Shown piece by piece: positions 17,785 through 26,692 of a stretch of 64,000 nt of DNA. How positions within the stretch are numbered: the first letter of the stretch is position 1; the number at the start of each line of letters is the position of its first letter. This stretch comes from an uncultured Bacillales bacterium (GTDB lineage: Bacteria > Bacillota_I > Bacilli_A > RF39 > UBA660), in NCBI GenBank assembly GCA_946410555.1, contig CAMKAT010000003.1:5007-69006 (forward strand), in the 5' to 3' direction. Below the pieces are notes generated by a model. It did not search any database. It was not told the DNA's origin and saw only the letters and a list, made by a program, of their open reading frames with translations. The position numbers and the translations under genes were made by a program.

Positions 17785-19491
17785 CATTATTTTGTTTGCC
17801 ACTTTTTCTTCAGCATTTGTTGGATCATCAACTTGTGTATCTTCAGTTGATGCTGCATATTCACCTGGTTGTGTTAACATTGTTGGAATTACATATTCCC
17901 ACATAGAAGATCTTCTGTTTGCTACAGTTGGTGTAATACCATTTACATATGCACCATAACCATTATCTACAGGATATTCACTCATTCTATGCCACATCCA
18001 GCTAACATGATATTGAGAAGACACTCTTAAGAATTCGTCAGTATAGTTTTTATAACCACTATAATCATTAAACATTTGTGACATCATACAATATTCACCA
18101 ATAAATATTGGACTACCATATCTTTTAGCTATCGAATCAAGGTTTTGAATAGTTTTTTCAAACTTATTATTACCTGTCATAATAGTGTTTCCAACTTCAT
18201 TAGCTTGAGTTACTTCTCTTACGTTATATCTTAAGTAATATCTACTATTACTTTCAAATTCAGATACATGTACATCCATTTCAACTTGAATAGTTTCACC
18301 AGCATACATACCTAAAACTAAACTTTGAAATTCAGAACCAACTATATCTTTTCCATGAGACATTGTTATTTCATCGAACATACTCTTAATATTGTACATT
18401 TTAAGTTTTTCTGGATCATCATTTTTATTTGCTTCTAGAGCAAGTACTTTTTCGCCATTTACCATTTTGTAAATTCTTAATTCATTTACCTGTAATGTAC
18501 CACTATTAAAGTTTTGTATTTGAACTGCTAACCATGGAATTGTGCAATCTTTTGTACATGAAATTTCAGTAGAAATTGTAAAATCATTTGATGTAACATT
18601 AACATAATCATCTGCATGATAATGTTGATTTGTTTTAGCACCAGTTGCAATACCTACATAAACAATATCTTGGAAAGATTCTTTTTGAGGGCGCGGATAT
18701 ATATGTTTAACATCTAATAAAAAGTTTGAACCTGTTACATCAGGATAAGGATCAATATTCATTGTTTGATAATTATAATTTTCATCTGATTTTCTAATAC
18801 TATTGATTGGTTGAAATGAAATGATAGTTTCTGAATCTATAGCTCTAATTCTTTCAATTGCAGTTTGAAGTAATCCATTATAATAATTTCTTACTCCTGT
18901 TTGAGTTTCAGAACCCTTAATACAAGCAGTTGGTTCATTAACTAACTCATAAGCAAGTACAGATTTATAATCTTTAGATACTGTTGCTAATTTTTCCCAA
19001 AGAAGGAAGAAATCTTCTTCATATGGACTACCATCAGTACTTACTAAACAGAATTGGTTTTCACCTTCAATTTTAACACTGTGAACATTACCATCTTTTA
19101 AACTATGTAAATCTACGATTATATACATACCTACTTCTTCAGCACGTCTTAAATAATCAGTGAATACATCTATATTTGATTGAATAAATTCTTTAGTTTC
19201 AAAATTATAGAATAAATCTCCTCTTAATTGGAATCTAATTGTATTAAATCCAGTTTCTTTAAGAAGTGTTAAAGTTTCAGTTGAAATTCTTTCTTCATTA
19301 AATGTCCCAGCTTGGAATACATTAACTACTGCCATTCCTTTCATAACAAACTCGTTGGAATCACTGTCTACCATTTTTCTATTAACAACTTTAATTTTTT
19401 CTTTACCAACATTTATGTATTGGTATTCTTGAGCATTTACACAAAAAGGCATTAATGTAAAAACTAATAAAGTAAAAATTAATCTTTTCAT
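17671..19491 (-). CDS. Secreted GH5 glycoside hydrolase, paralogue of 9473..11332, with an NPKTG sorting signal
   Basis: Motifs FNTIRFQ, MYIIVDLH, YELVNEP, DVKHIY and FIGEY. C-terminus NPKTGITSNLLICLLLITLIAGVIYLIKRIDKFKNNM. Confidence 0.75.
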   Translation of the reverse strand: MKRLIFTLLVFTLMPFCVNAQEYQYINVGKEKIKVVNRKMVDSDSNEFVMKGMAVVNVFQAGTFNEERISTETLTLLKETGFNTIRFQLRGDLFYNFETKEFIQSNIDVFTDYLRRAEEVGMYIIVDLHSLKDGNVHSVKIEGENQFCLVSTDGSPYEEDFFLLWEKLATVSKDYKSVLAYELVNEPTACIKGSETQTGVRNYYNGLLQTAIERIRAIDSETIISFQPINSIRKSDENYNYQTMNIDPYPDVTGSNFLLDVKHIYPRPQKESFQDIVYVGIATGAKTNQHYHADDYVNVTSNDFTISTEISCTKDCTIPWLAVQIQNFNSGTLQVNELRIYKMVNGEKVLALEANKNDDPEKLKMYNIKSMFDEITMSHGKDIVGSEFQSLVLGMYAGETIQVEMDVHVSEFESNSRYYLRYNVREVTQANEVGNTIMTGNNKFEKTIQNLDSIAKRYGSPIFIGEYCMMSQMFNDYSGYKNYTDEFLRVSSQYHVSWMWHRMSEYPVDNGYGAYVNGITPTVANRRSSMWEYVIPTMLTQPGEYAASTEDTQVDDPTNAEEKVANKIMNPKTGITSNLLICLLLITLIAGVIYLIKRIDKFKNNM

Positions 19492-19515
19492 ATATACTCT
19501 CCCTATTCTTTTAAA

Positions 19516-19524
19516 ATTATATCA
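19516..19524 (-). promoter_or_regulatory. Extended -10 element (TGATATAAT) of the GH5 copy 2 / Tim44-like operon
   Basis: Lies within the duplicated 28-nt promoter/5'UTR block. GGGAG SD 7 nt upstream of ATG 19491. Confidence 0.55.
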
Positions 19525-19552
19525 TAAATAAAAGAATTATTCTTGTTACTTA

Positions 19553-19585
19553 AATAAAAAAAGAAAATAATTTTTAATTATTCTC
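19553..19585 (-). terminator. Intrinsic terminator ending the RR-HK-GT4 unit
   Basis: 10-bp stem (one G-U pair in the minus-strand RNA) overlaps the GT4 stop codon, followed by TTTTTTTATTT on the minus strand. Confidence 0.6.
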
Positions 19586-20749
19586 CTTCTCATATTTATC
19601 AATCAATTCTAAATAATATTCATAAGTATTTTTTGAAATTTCATCCCAAGTTTTACCTAACATTTTATGGGCATTTTTACTAACTTCTTTATGTTTTTTT
19701 TCATGCTCAAGCACTTCTTTGATTTTATCTTTAAAAATTACATTATCAAGTTCACATGTGTAACCGCTTACATTATTGTCTACAGTATCTGCGGTAACAG
19801 AGTCTTCAATAAATAATCCTGGAGTTTCATTAACTGCTGCTTCTATTTGTACTAAGCTTGATGCATCAAATAATGATGGAAACAAAAATAAATCTGCCAT
19901 TTTATAATAAGCTGATAATTCTTTTCTATCTTTTATTTCACCAGTTAGAATTACTCTATCTTCTAGATTATACTCTTTAACTTTACTTTCTAACTTTTTA
20001 AAGTCAGAGCCTGTACCTACATAAAACATTTTAAAGTTATAATTGTCTTCTTTAAGTAGTTTAATAGAATCAAGGATAAAGAATATATTTTTTACTGAAG
20101 TTATTCTTCCAACGAATAAAAGAATCTTTTCATTAGTTAAATTATATTTTTTCTTTAAAGAATTAACTAAAGAAAGATCATCAAGTGGTTTAAGATCAGT
20201 TCCGTTATAAATAATTCTTGGAGTTTTTTTATAACCATAATCTTTAAATACTTTAATCATCTTAGAGTTAATAGCAATTCCTGCATAACACTTATTAAAT
20301 GTCTTTATTATTTTCTTAATAATAAGTTTATTAATAGTTTCATTCTTTGTTACTTTTCTAATTTCAAAATCAAATCTAGTATGCATAGTACATACTGATG
20401 GTATATTTAAGTCTTTAGCTAAATCAGTTCCTAATTTACCTATAGTAAATGGAGAATGAATATGAATAATATCAAACTTTTCATCAAGAAGTTTTTTATA
20501 TTCTTTTGAATGTTTAAGTGATGGTATACCTAACCTATAGTCAGAAAAAGGTACATCAATACTTTTAATTCTAATTATTTTATATGGTTTATTTTTATCT
20601 TCATCGATAGTATTAGTATAAGGAACTACTAAAACTACATCATTAGTTTTAGATAATTCTTTACATAAGTTATCTATTACTAGTACTACTCCATCAATTG
20701 CAGGATAATAACTATCCATAAATATTCCTATTTTAAGTCTTTTCTTCAT
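19574..20749 (-). CDS. Glycosyltransferase family 4 (GT-B, retaining; glycolipid/teichoic-type)
   Basis: 391 aa. N-terminus KIGIFMDSYYPAIDGVV, then FVGRITSVKNI and FLFPSLFDASSLVQIEAAVNETP, the typical GT4 C-terminal domain pattern. Confidence 0.8.
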   Translation of the reverse strand: MKKRLKIGIFMDSYYPAIDGVVLVIDNLCKELSKTNDVVLVVPYTNTIDEDKNKPYKIIRIKSIDVPFSDYRLGIPSLKHSKEYKKLLDEKFDIIHIHSPFTIGKLGTDLAKDLNIPSVCTMHTRFDFEIRKVTKNETINKLIIKKIIKTFNKCYAGIAINSKMIKVFKDYGYKKTPRIIYNGTDLKPLDDLSLVNSLKKKYNLTNEKILLFVGRITSVKNIFFILDSIKLLKEDNYNFKMFYVGTGSDFKKLESKVKEYNLEDRVILTGEIKDRKELSAYYKMADLFLFPSLFDASSLVQIEAAVNETPGLFIEDSVTADTVDNNVSGYTCELDNVIFKDKIKEVLEHEKKHKEVSKNAHKMLGKTWDEISKNTYEYYLELIDKYEKENN

Positions 20750-20758
20750 ATAATCACC

Positions 20759-21961
20759 TTACATCTTAAAATACTTAATTATAAACTTTGTAACATCATC
20801 ACTAGATTCAACACTAATAGTACCATTATTCTTTTCGATAATAGTCTTAGCTAAAGGTAAACCTATTCCTATTGAATCTTTATTAGAGTTTTTGCTCTTA
20901 TAGAATCTTTCAAAGATATGTTTTATATCTTTAGGATCAATTGTTTCTCCATAATTAATAACAGTTATACTTGAATAAACATTATTTTCATCAAAGATGA
21001 TATCTACTTTTGAGTCTTCTTTAGAATGCTCAATTGCATTCTTAACAATGTTAGTTATTGCTTCTTTTTGCCATAAAGGATCTATATTAATATCCTCTTT
21101 AAATAAACCCTCTACTTTGATAGATACATTCTTTAAGTCACTAATTAACTCTACATTTTTAATAGATGAGTTAACTAATTCTTTAAGACTTGTATTCTTA
21201 TTATTAAATTCAATAGTATTAGATTCAAACTTAGATAGTTTTAGTATGTTTTGAACTAAGAAATTAATATTCATAGTTTCTTTTTTAATATCACCAATAA
21301 ATTCTTGTTTTGTTTCTTCATCCATCTCTCTATTATCTATGATATTATCTAGCATAATTAATATACTAGTAAGTGGAGTCTTAAGTTGATGTGAAATATC
21401 TTCAAGTGAATTTTTAAGTTCTCTCCTTGCATGATCACTATTCTCTGACTCTTCTTTTAAATATATCATTGTCTTATAAATTTCATTCTTTAGAATAGAC
21501 AATTCATCTTCAGTTAAATCATCAATCTTTAAATCATAATTCTTTTTATTTATTTCTTTAATTATATTTATTACTCCATTTATTTCTTTTTCTTTTCTAT
21601 AGTTATAAATAGTAAATATAATAAATAATAAACATAATGGAGATATAAATAGTAATACAGTAACAATTATATTAGTATTAAACTTTTTATTATTAATATT
21701 TATGTATGAATTAGTTCTTGAAGTATATTTTTTAAGTACGCTATCATTATTATCTTTTAAAAGATTACTAACTAAATCTTCTTCATTTACTTCAGGATAT
21801 AATTCTTTTACATTAGAAATTACATCATCAATTTTTTCATTATAATAATAACTATATGTTTTATATGAATATATATTAAAAATAATAAATGATATTAGGC
21901 AAATAATACTTACAATAACACTTATTATTAAATACTTTTTATAGAAAATATTATTCTTCAT
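20759..21961 (-). CDS. Sensor histidine kinase (two TM helices, ~63-aa extracytoplasmic loop)
   Basis: H-box ISHQLKTPLTSI, N-box VKNAIEHS, G2 box GIGLPLAKTIIEKNNG. Overlaps the RR gene by 11 nt. Confidence 0.85.
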   Translation of the reverse strand: MKNNIFYKKYLIISVIVSIICLISFIIFNIYSYKTYSYYYNEKIDDVISNVKELYPEVNEEDLVSNLLKDNNDSVLKKYTSRTNSYININNKKFNTNIIVTVLLFISPLCLLFIIFTIYNYRKEKEINGVINIIKEINKKNYDLKIDDLTEDELSILKNEIYKTMIYLKEESENSDHARRELKNSLEDISHQLKTPLTSILIMLDNIIDNREMDEETKQEFIGDIKKETMNINFLVQNILKLSKFESNTIEFNNKNTSLKELVNSSIKNVELISDLKNVSIKVEGLFKEDINIDPLWQKEAITNIVKNAIEHSKEDSKVDIIFDENNVYSSITVINYGETIDPKDIKHIFERFYKSKNSNKDSIGIGLPLAKTIIEKNNGTISVESSDDVTKFIIKYFKM

Positions 21962-22607
21962 TTAATCTATAACCTATTCCTTTGACTGTTTTAATTGATG
22001 TTTCTCCAAGTTTTTCTCTGATTCTTTTTAAATAAACAGTAACTGTATGATCATCAATATAATTACCCGTCCATTCAAATACTTTGTCGAGAATGTTATC
22101 CCTGGAAACAACTGAGCCTTTATTTAAAAATAGTAAGTTAACTATTTTCAATTCTAATGGAGATAGTTCGACTTCTTTATCATCTTTAAGAAGTTTCATT
22201 GATTCAATATCATATTTTAAATTATTTATAGTTATTATTGTTTTCTTTTTATTTCTGAGTAGTATTTTATTTATTCTTGCAAGTAGTTCTTTAGTACTAA
22301 ATGGTTTAGTAATATAATCTTCAGCACCAAGATCTAAACCCTTAACAACATTGTTTTCATCATCTAAGGCAGTTAAGAATATAACAGGTATATCTTTATC
22401 CTTTAATGAATTATTAAAGAAATCAAAACCATTACCATCAGGAAGTGTTACATCTAGAACTATTAAATCAATATTTGAGTTATTTAATAAATAATTCTTA
22501 GCATCTAAGATACTAGATTTATAACTTAAATTATAATTAGTATTTTTAAATGCATATATAAGTCCTTTGATAATCATTTCATTATCTTCGATAAGTAAAA
22601 TATTCAT
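21951..22607 (-). CDS. OmpR/PhoB-family response regulator
   Basis: Receiver domain (MNILLIEDN, LIVLDVTLPDGNGF, ITKPF) plus a winged-helix C-terminus (VTVYLKRIREKLG...IKTVKGIGYRL). Confidence 0.9.
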   Translation of the reverse strand: MNILLIEDNEMIIKGLIYAFKNTNYNLSYKSSILDAKNYLLNNSNIDLIVLDVTLPDGNGFDFFNNSLKDKDIPVIFLTALDDENNVVKGLDLGAEDYITKPFSTKELLARINKILLRNKKKTIITINNLKYDIESMKLLKDDKEVELSPLELKIVNLLFLNKGSVVSRDNILDKVFEWTGNYIDDHTVTVYLKRIREKLGETSIKTVKGIGYRLNEE

Positions 22608-22622
22608 ACTACCACCTTTTAA

Positions 22623-22631
22623 ATTATATCA
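22623..22631 (-). promoter_or_regulatory. Extended -10 element (TGATATAAT) of the RR-HK-GT4 unit
   Basis: Minus strand reads ATATGATATAATTTAAAAGGTGGTAGTATG, an extended -10 followed by a GGTGG SD and the RR start. Confidence 0.5.
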
Positions 22632-22647
22632 TATATTTTAATAAGCA

Positions 22648-22674
22648 AATAAAAAGACAACACTAAGTGTTGTC
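22648..22674 (-). terminator. Intrinsic terminator ending the giant-paralogue operon
   Basis: 8-bp stem GACAACAC / GTGTTGTC with a 3-nt loop, 4 nt after the stop at 22678, followed on the minus strand by TTTTTATTTG. Confidence 0.7.
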
Positions 22675-22677
22675 AAT

Positions 22678-22866
22678 TTATAAAGATTTAGTTTTACCTT
22701 TATAGTAATTATATAATTTAGATACATCACTTAAATTAACTGAACTAGAATTATTAACTTTTGCAGCTTTTAAGTAATTACCAGTTAAAGTAGTTTTACC
22801 TTTATAGTAGTTATATATCTTAGATACATCACTTAAGTTAATATAACCATCTCCAGTTACATCTCC
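22678..22866 (-). other. Dockerin-like C-terminal module of copy A (62 aa)
   Basis: GDVTGDGYINLSDVSKIYNYYKGK / TTLTGNYLKAAK / VNNSSSVNLSDVSKLYNYYKGK is a duplicated 22-24-aa segment. The first loop fits the D.N.DG..N..D Ca-binding pattern; the second is degenerate. Confidence 0.55.
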
Positions 22867-25800
22867 GATAAGTACAAGTTTATATTCTGCGTTTCCAACT
22901 TTAACTGTAGTATCAGTACCAATAGCTATATTAGTGGTAATTTCAGTTCCGTTTTTAATAACTTTTATTTGATCTGTTGCTGTAATATTATTAACAAAAT
23001 CATTTCTTAAAAGCGTTTTAACAACTGGACTTACTTTAATAGTAGTAGTATCAATTGTATACTTGTTTGATGTTACTGGTGATACCTCACTATTAATACT
23101 ATTCTTAAGATGATCTACGATCATACTAGCTATTTTAACAAATCCATAATCACCAGGGTGACCCGCAATTCCATCGTTTGTTACATATAAAGTTGATCTA
23201 TTAACGTCATAGTATTTAGCTCCCATGAATGAATTTTCTCTAGCACTACTTTTGTTATATTGAATTACTTCAATATTATTGTTATCTGCAACTTCTTGCA
23301 TCTCACCAATTGTGTATACATTAACTTTAGTGTTATACATAACATAAATCTTTGCTTCCGGATATGCTTTAATAAATTCTTTTAAGAAGTAGTCAAAGTC
23401 AGATTTGAATGTTGCTCTTCGATCTTCAAAACTTCCAACATTTTCTCCAAGTTGAAGGAATACTGTTTTAGTTGGAAGATTAGGATCGATAAGTCCGTTA
23501 AACTCATCAATTATTTCTTGAGTTTTTTCTTTTCTTAACTCTGGAGTGACTGCAGATTCCCAACGGTTAACTGTAGTTCTTACAGGTTTAATATTTGGAT
23601 TTAAACTCTTTAAGTATTGAGTAACATAATAATAGTAGTCATACTCTATGTCAGTTGCAGCCATACCTTGAGAACCAAATCCTTTAGTATAAGAGTTTCC
23701 TAAGACAATTACATTTTGAGCTTCGATTGCTTTAGAGTCTTTGTTAGTATTAAATCCAAGAAGTTTAACATCCATCTTAGCATCACTAACTGTATGATTA
23801 GTAATATCAATACTAACTCCATCCATTAGGAATTCTCTTTTATATTTATCTACGAATCTATATTTAGCACCTGTGATTACATTATCACTATTACTTAATG
23901 TTTTAACTTCATAAGAACCACTATCACCATAATGAAGTTCATCAAATAATACTATATAATTTTTACCATCACCTTGGATTAAAGGTCTATAGTTTTTTAG
24001 TGGTATATAATATAGATTAGCTCCATAAGTACTCTTCATATTTTCAATAATAGATTCAAATGAAGATGGACCAAATAATTGGAATCCAACTGGACTTACA
24101 GTAGTAATAACTGTTACATCTGTTGGTAATGTAAATGATTCATTTGGAATTACTAATTTATTAAAGTTAGGTAAATCTTTAAGAGCTCCAATTTCTGCGG
24201 TAGTAATATTAGCACCTAAGACAACTGACTCAAGATACTTACAGTTCTTTAAAACAATTTCACTAAGTTTTGTAACCTTAGATGGAAATACTATAACTCT
24301 AAGTCTTGGGTTACTCATGAATGCACCAGTATTAATATTCTCTACTGATTCAGGAATATTAATAGCATCTATATATGTATAAGAAAGTGCATATGAATCA
24401 ATCGTAGTAACTAAATCACCTTCGAATGTAATGGATGTAAAGTAAGGAGATCCTCCTAACCAATTTGATGGATTAGAGAAATTGTAAGGAATCTTTGTTA
24501 CTTTAGGACCTATATAAAGTTTAATTCCTGTAGACTTCTTACCTACCATATAAAGACTCATGTTATTTGTTTTTAAACTTTTTAAACTCTTAGCATTAAA
24601 ATGGAATTCTTGTACATAGAATAAATTTGTAAATGCATAAGTACCTATATAAGTAACATTTTCATCTATAACTACTTTACTTATGTAACCCTTATATTGA
24701 TTCCAAGGAGTTTCAGATGCAGCATTATAATCTGCCATATCTCCAGACCCTGAGATTGTAAGAGTTCTTTTACTCAAATTAATTGTATAAGTAGCATTTC
24801 CTGTTGTTCCTGTAACTGTATTAGTAGGATTACTACTTGAATCATCATAAATTACAAACTCATTATCTTTTAACATTCCTTCGTTATATTTAAGTTGTTT
24901 ATTATAATCAAATAAAATCTTTTGAGTATCGTTTGAATAAATATATCCAAACAATCTACCGTTATAATTATAGAATTTATTATTTCTAATGATTGGTAAT
25001 GATTCAGCATTACTTGCGGATATATGTAACATGACTGGACCAACATATGTAGTATCATCTGGTTTTAAATTAACATTTGTTGTATCAAATATATTATTCT
25101 CAATAATATATTCTCCATTATGTTCAACCACGTTCTTTGTTTCACTAGAAACATCCCAAGCTTTTATTAATGCTTCAGTATGTCTTGGTCTTGTTTCTGT
25201 ATAACCATATCCTGAAGTTCTTAAGATATTATTTTTGATATACATTTGATTTATATATGTTTGATTAGTATATTTTGTTTCACTTGTTTCTCTAGTTTCA
25301 TTCCAATACTCAATTGCATAAGCACAATTTTCAATAACATTACCATCGAATGTCGCTTTTTCAACCTTTGATGCATGACCAGCATCAGCCGTATATTGGA
25401 AAGTTAATCCTGCATCATATATTTCATAAACATAATTGTTTTTAAGTACAAATCCATCTTTAACTGGATAACCAGTACGACTCTTTACTTCTCCATAGAT
25501 TTCTACTCCATTACCTAACCTTGTAGGTCTTCCATCATCATTATAGTATTGTTTCATACCTCCGATATAAGCAATTTCACAATTACTAATAGTTAGATTA
25601 GCAACAGTACCACCATTGATACCATGATGACCATAGAATTTAACTTCTAGATTATCTATCACAATATCAGTATAATTACCAAATGCTATACCACTATTAC
25701 CTGGAGCTATTTCTATATCGTCAAATCTTTCACCAGGGTTACCTACAGAATATAAATATAAATTTTTACCTGTTTTTTCAGCATTTGAAGCATGACCAGA

Positions 25801-26484
25801 ATGATAAAAATCTAAGTCATTAGTTAATAATTCGAAAATATTTTCATCTGTATCTTCGAATGTTTTATAAGGAATTTTCTTATCACCAAAACTATATTTA
25901 GTTTTTCCGTCAGTTGTAGTTCTTGAACAATTGTTATTACCTTTATTACAGAAGAACCAAATAGCTCCGATATCACTTGTAATAACTGCATCTTTGCCAT
26001 TTTGTTGGTACTTCCAAATATTAGGAGAAACTTCTACCCAAAGACTTGCATTTGCAGAGTTTTGAGATGGACCATAAATCTTAGGTTTACCCTTTTTAAT
26101 ATCTCCGTATGATCCTAATGTTAAACCATAAACTTGTAGTGATAAACTACCTCTGAATGTATCTCCATCATTAAATAGGATTGCATCTCCATTTTTAAAT
26201 GTTTTTGCATACATCATGTTCATTACTTTGCTTAATGATTTTATTGGTCTTTCTTTAGATAATCCATCATTTGCATCGCTACCACTTGCAGATACATAAT
26301 AAATATTACCTGTGATTTTAGTAATATCTGTATTACCATTATTTTTTATTTCATTAATTCTTGTAACTGCTAATTCCTTTATTGCCTCAGGAGTAATACT
26401 ATAAGTACTAGTCACTGAAACGATAAAAGTGGTGATAGTAAACACCAATAATGCGATAAATAATTTAAGTTTCTTTTCTCTCAT
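22678..26484 (-). CDS. Giant secreted multidomain protein, copy A: beta-helix + BspA-type LRR + SGNH-like esterase + C-terminal dockerin-like module
   Basis: ATG 26484 (GAGGTG SD 9 nt upstream) is preferred over track GTG 26496. Signal peptide; IYYVSASGSDANDG...GDAILFNDGDTFRG; YEIYDAGLTFQY; ISGSGDMADY..PW...VTYIGTYAF; LGNS / QLGEN / GHPGDYG; tail GDVTGDGYINLSD. Confidence 0.8.
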   Translation of the reverse strand: MREKKLKLFIALLVFTITTFIVSVTSTYSITPEAIKELAVTRINEIKNNGNTDITKITGNIYYVSASGSDANDGLSKERPIKSLSKVMNMMYAKTFKNGDAILFNDGDTFRGSLSLQVYGLTLGSYGDIKKGKPKIYGPSQNSANASLWVEVSPNIWKYQQNGKDAVITSDIGAIWFFCNKGNNNCSRTTTDGKTKYSFGDKKIPYKTFEDTDENIFELLTNDLDFYHSGHASNAEKTGKNLYLYSVGNPGERFDDIEIAPGNSGIAFGNYTDIVIDNLEVKFYGHHGINGGTVANLTISNCEIAYIGGMKQYYNDDGRPTRLGNGVEIYGEVKSRTGYPVKDGFVLKNNYVYEIYDAGLTFQYTADAGHASKVEKATFDGNVIENCAYAIEYWNETRETSETKYTNQTYINQMYIKNNILRTSGYGYTETRPRHTEALIKAWDVSSETKNVVEHNGEYIIENNIFDTTNVNLKPDDTTYVGPVMLHISASNAESLPIIRNNKFYNYNGRLFGYIYSNDTQKILFDYNKQLKYNEGMLKDNEFVIYDDSSSNPTNTVTGTTGNATYTINLSKRTLTISGSGDMADYNAASETPWNQYKGYISKVVIDENVTYIGTYAFTNLFYVQEFHFNAKSLKSLKTNNMSLYMVGKKSTGIKLYIGPKVTKIPYNFSNPSNWLGGSPYFTSITFEGDLVTTIDSYALSYTYIDAINIPESVENINTGAFMSNPRLRVIVFPSKVTKLSEIVLKNCKYLESVVLGANITTAEIGALKDLPNFNKLVIPNESFTLPTDVTVITTVSPVGFQLFGPSSFESIIENMKSTYGANLYYIPLKNYRPLIQGDGKNYIVLFDELHYGDSGSYEVKTLSNSDNVITGAKYRFVDKYKREFLMDGVSIDITNHTVSDAKMDVKLLGFNTNKDSKAIEAQNVIVLGNSYTKGFGSQGMAATDIEYDYYYYVTQYLKSLNPNIKPVRTTVNRWESAVTPELRKEKTQEIIDEFNGLIDPNLPTKTVFLQLGENVGSFEDRRATFKSDFDYFLKEFIKAYPEAKIYVMYNTKVNVYTIGEMQEVADNNNIEVIQYNKSSARENSFMGAKYYDVNRSTLYVTNDGIAGHPGDYGFVKIASMIVDHLKNSINSEVSPVTSNKYTIDTTTIKVSPVVKTLLRNDFVNNITATDQIKVIKNGTEITTNIAIGTDTTVKVGNAEYKLVLIGDVTGDGYINLSDVSKIYNYYKGKTTLTGNYLKAAKVNNSSSVNLSDVSKLYNYYKGKTKSL

Positions 26485-26503
26485 AACTATCACCACCTCT
26501 TTT

Positions 26504-26692
26504 CTATATGTTGTTTATTTTACCTTTATAAAAATTATAAAGCTTTGAAACATCTCCAAGCACTACTGATGATGATTCAGTAATCCTTCCTGCTTCTAAA
26601 TAATCTCCTGTTAAAGTTGTTTTCTTTTTATAGGAATTATAAAGTTTTGAAACATCACTTAGATTAATAATTCCATCACCAGTTACGTCTCC
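26504..26692 (-). other. Dockerin-like C-terminal module of copy B (62 aa)
   Basis: GDVTGDGIINLSDVSKLYNSYKKK...ITESSSVVLGDVSKLYNFYKGK. Confidence 0.55.

Noticed and set aside
24870-25058. Minus-strand 62-aa ORF in an alternative frame inside giant paralogue A
   Set aside because: It is fully embedded out of frame in a 1,268-aa CDS, with no SD and no conservation in the two paralogues.
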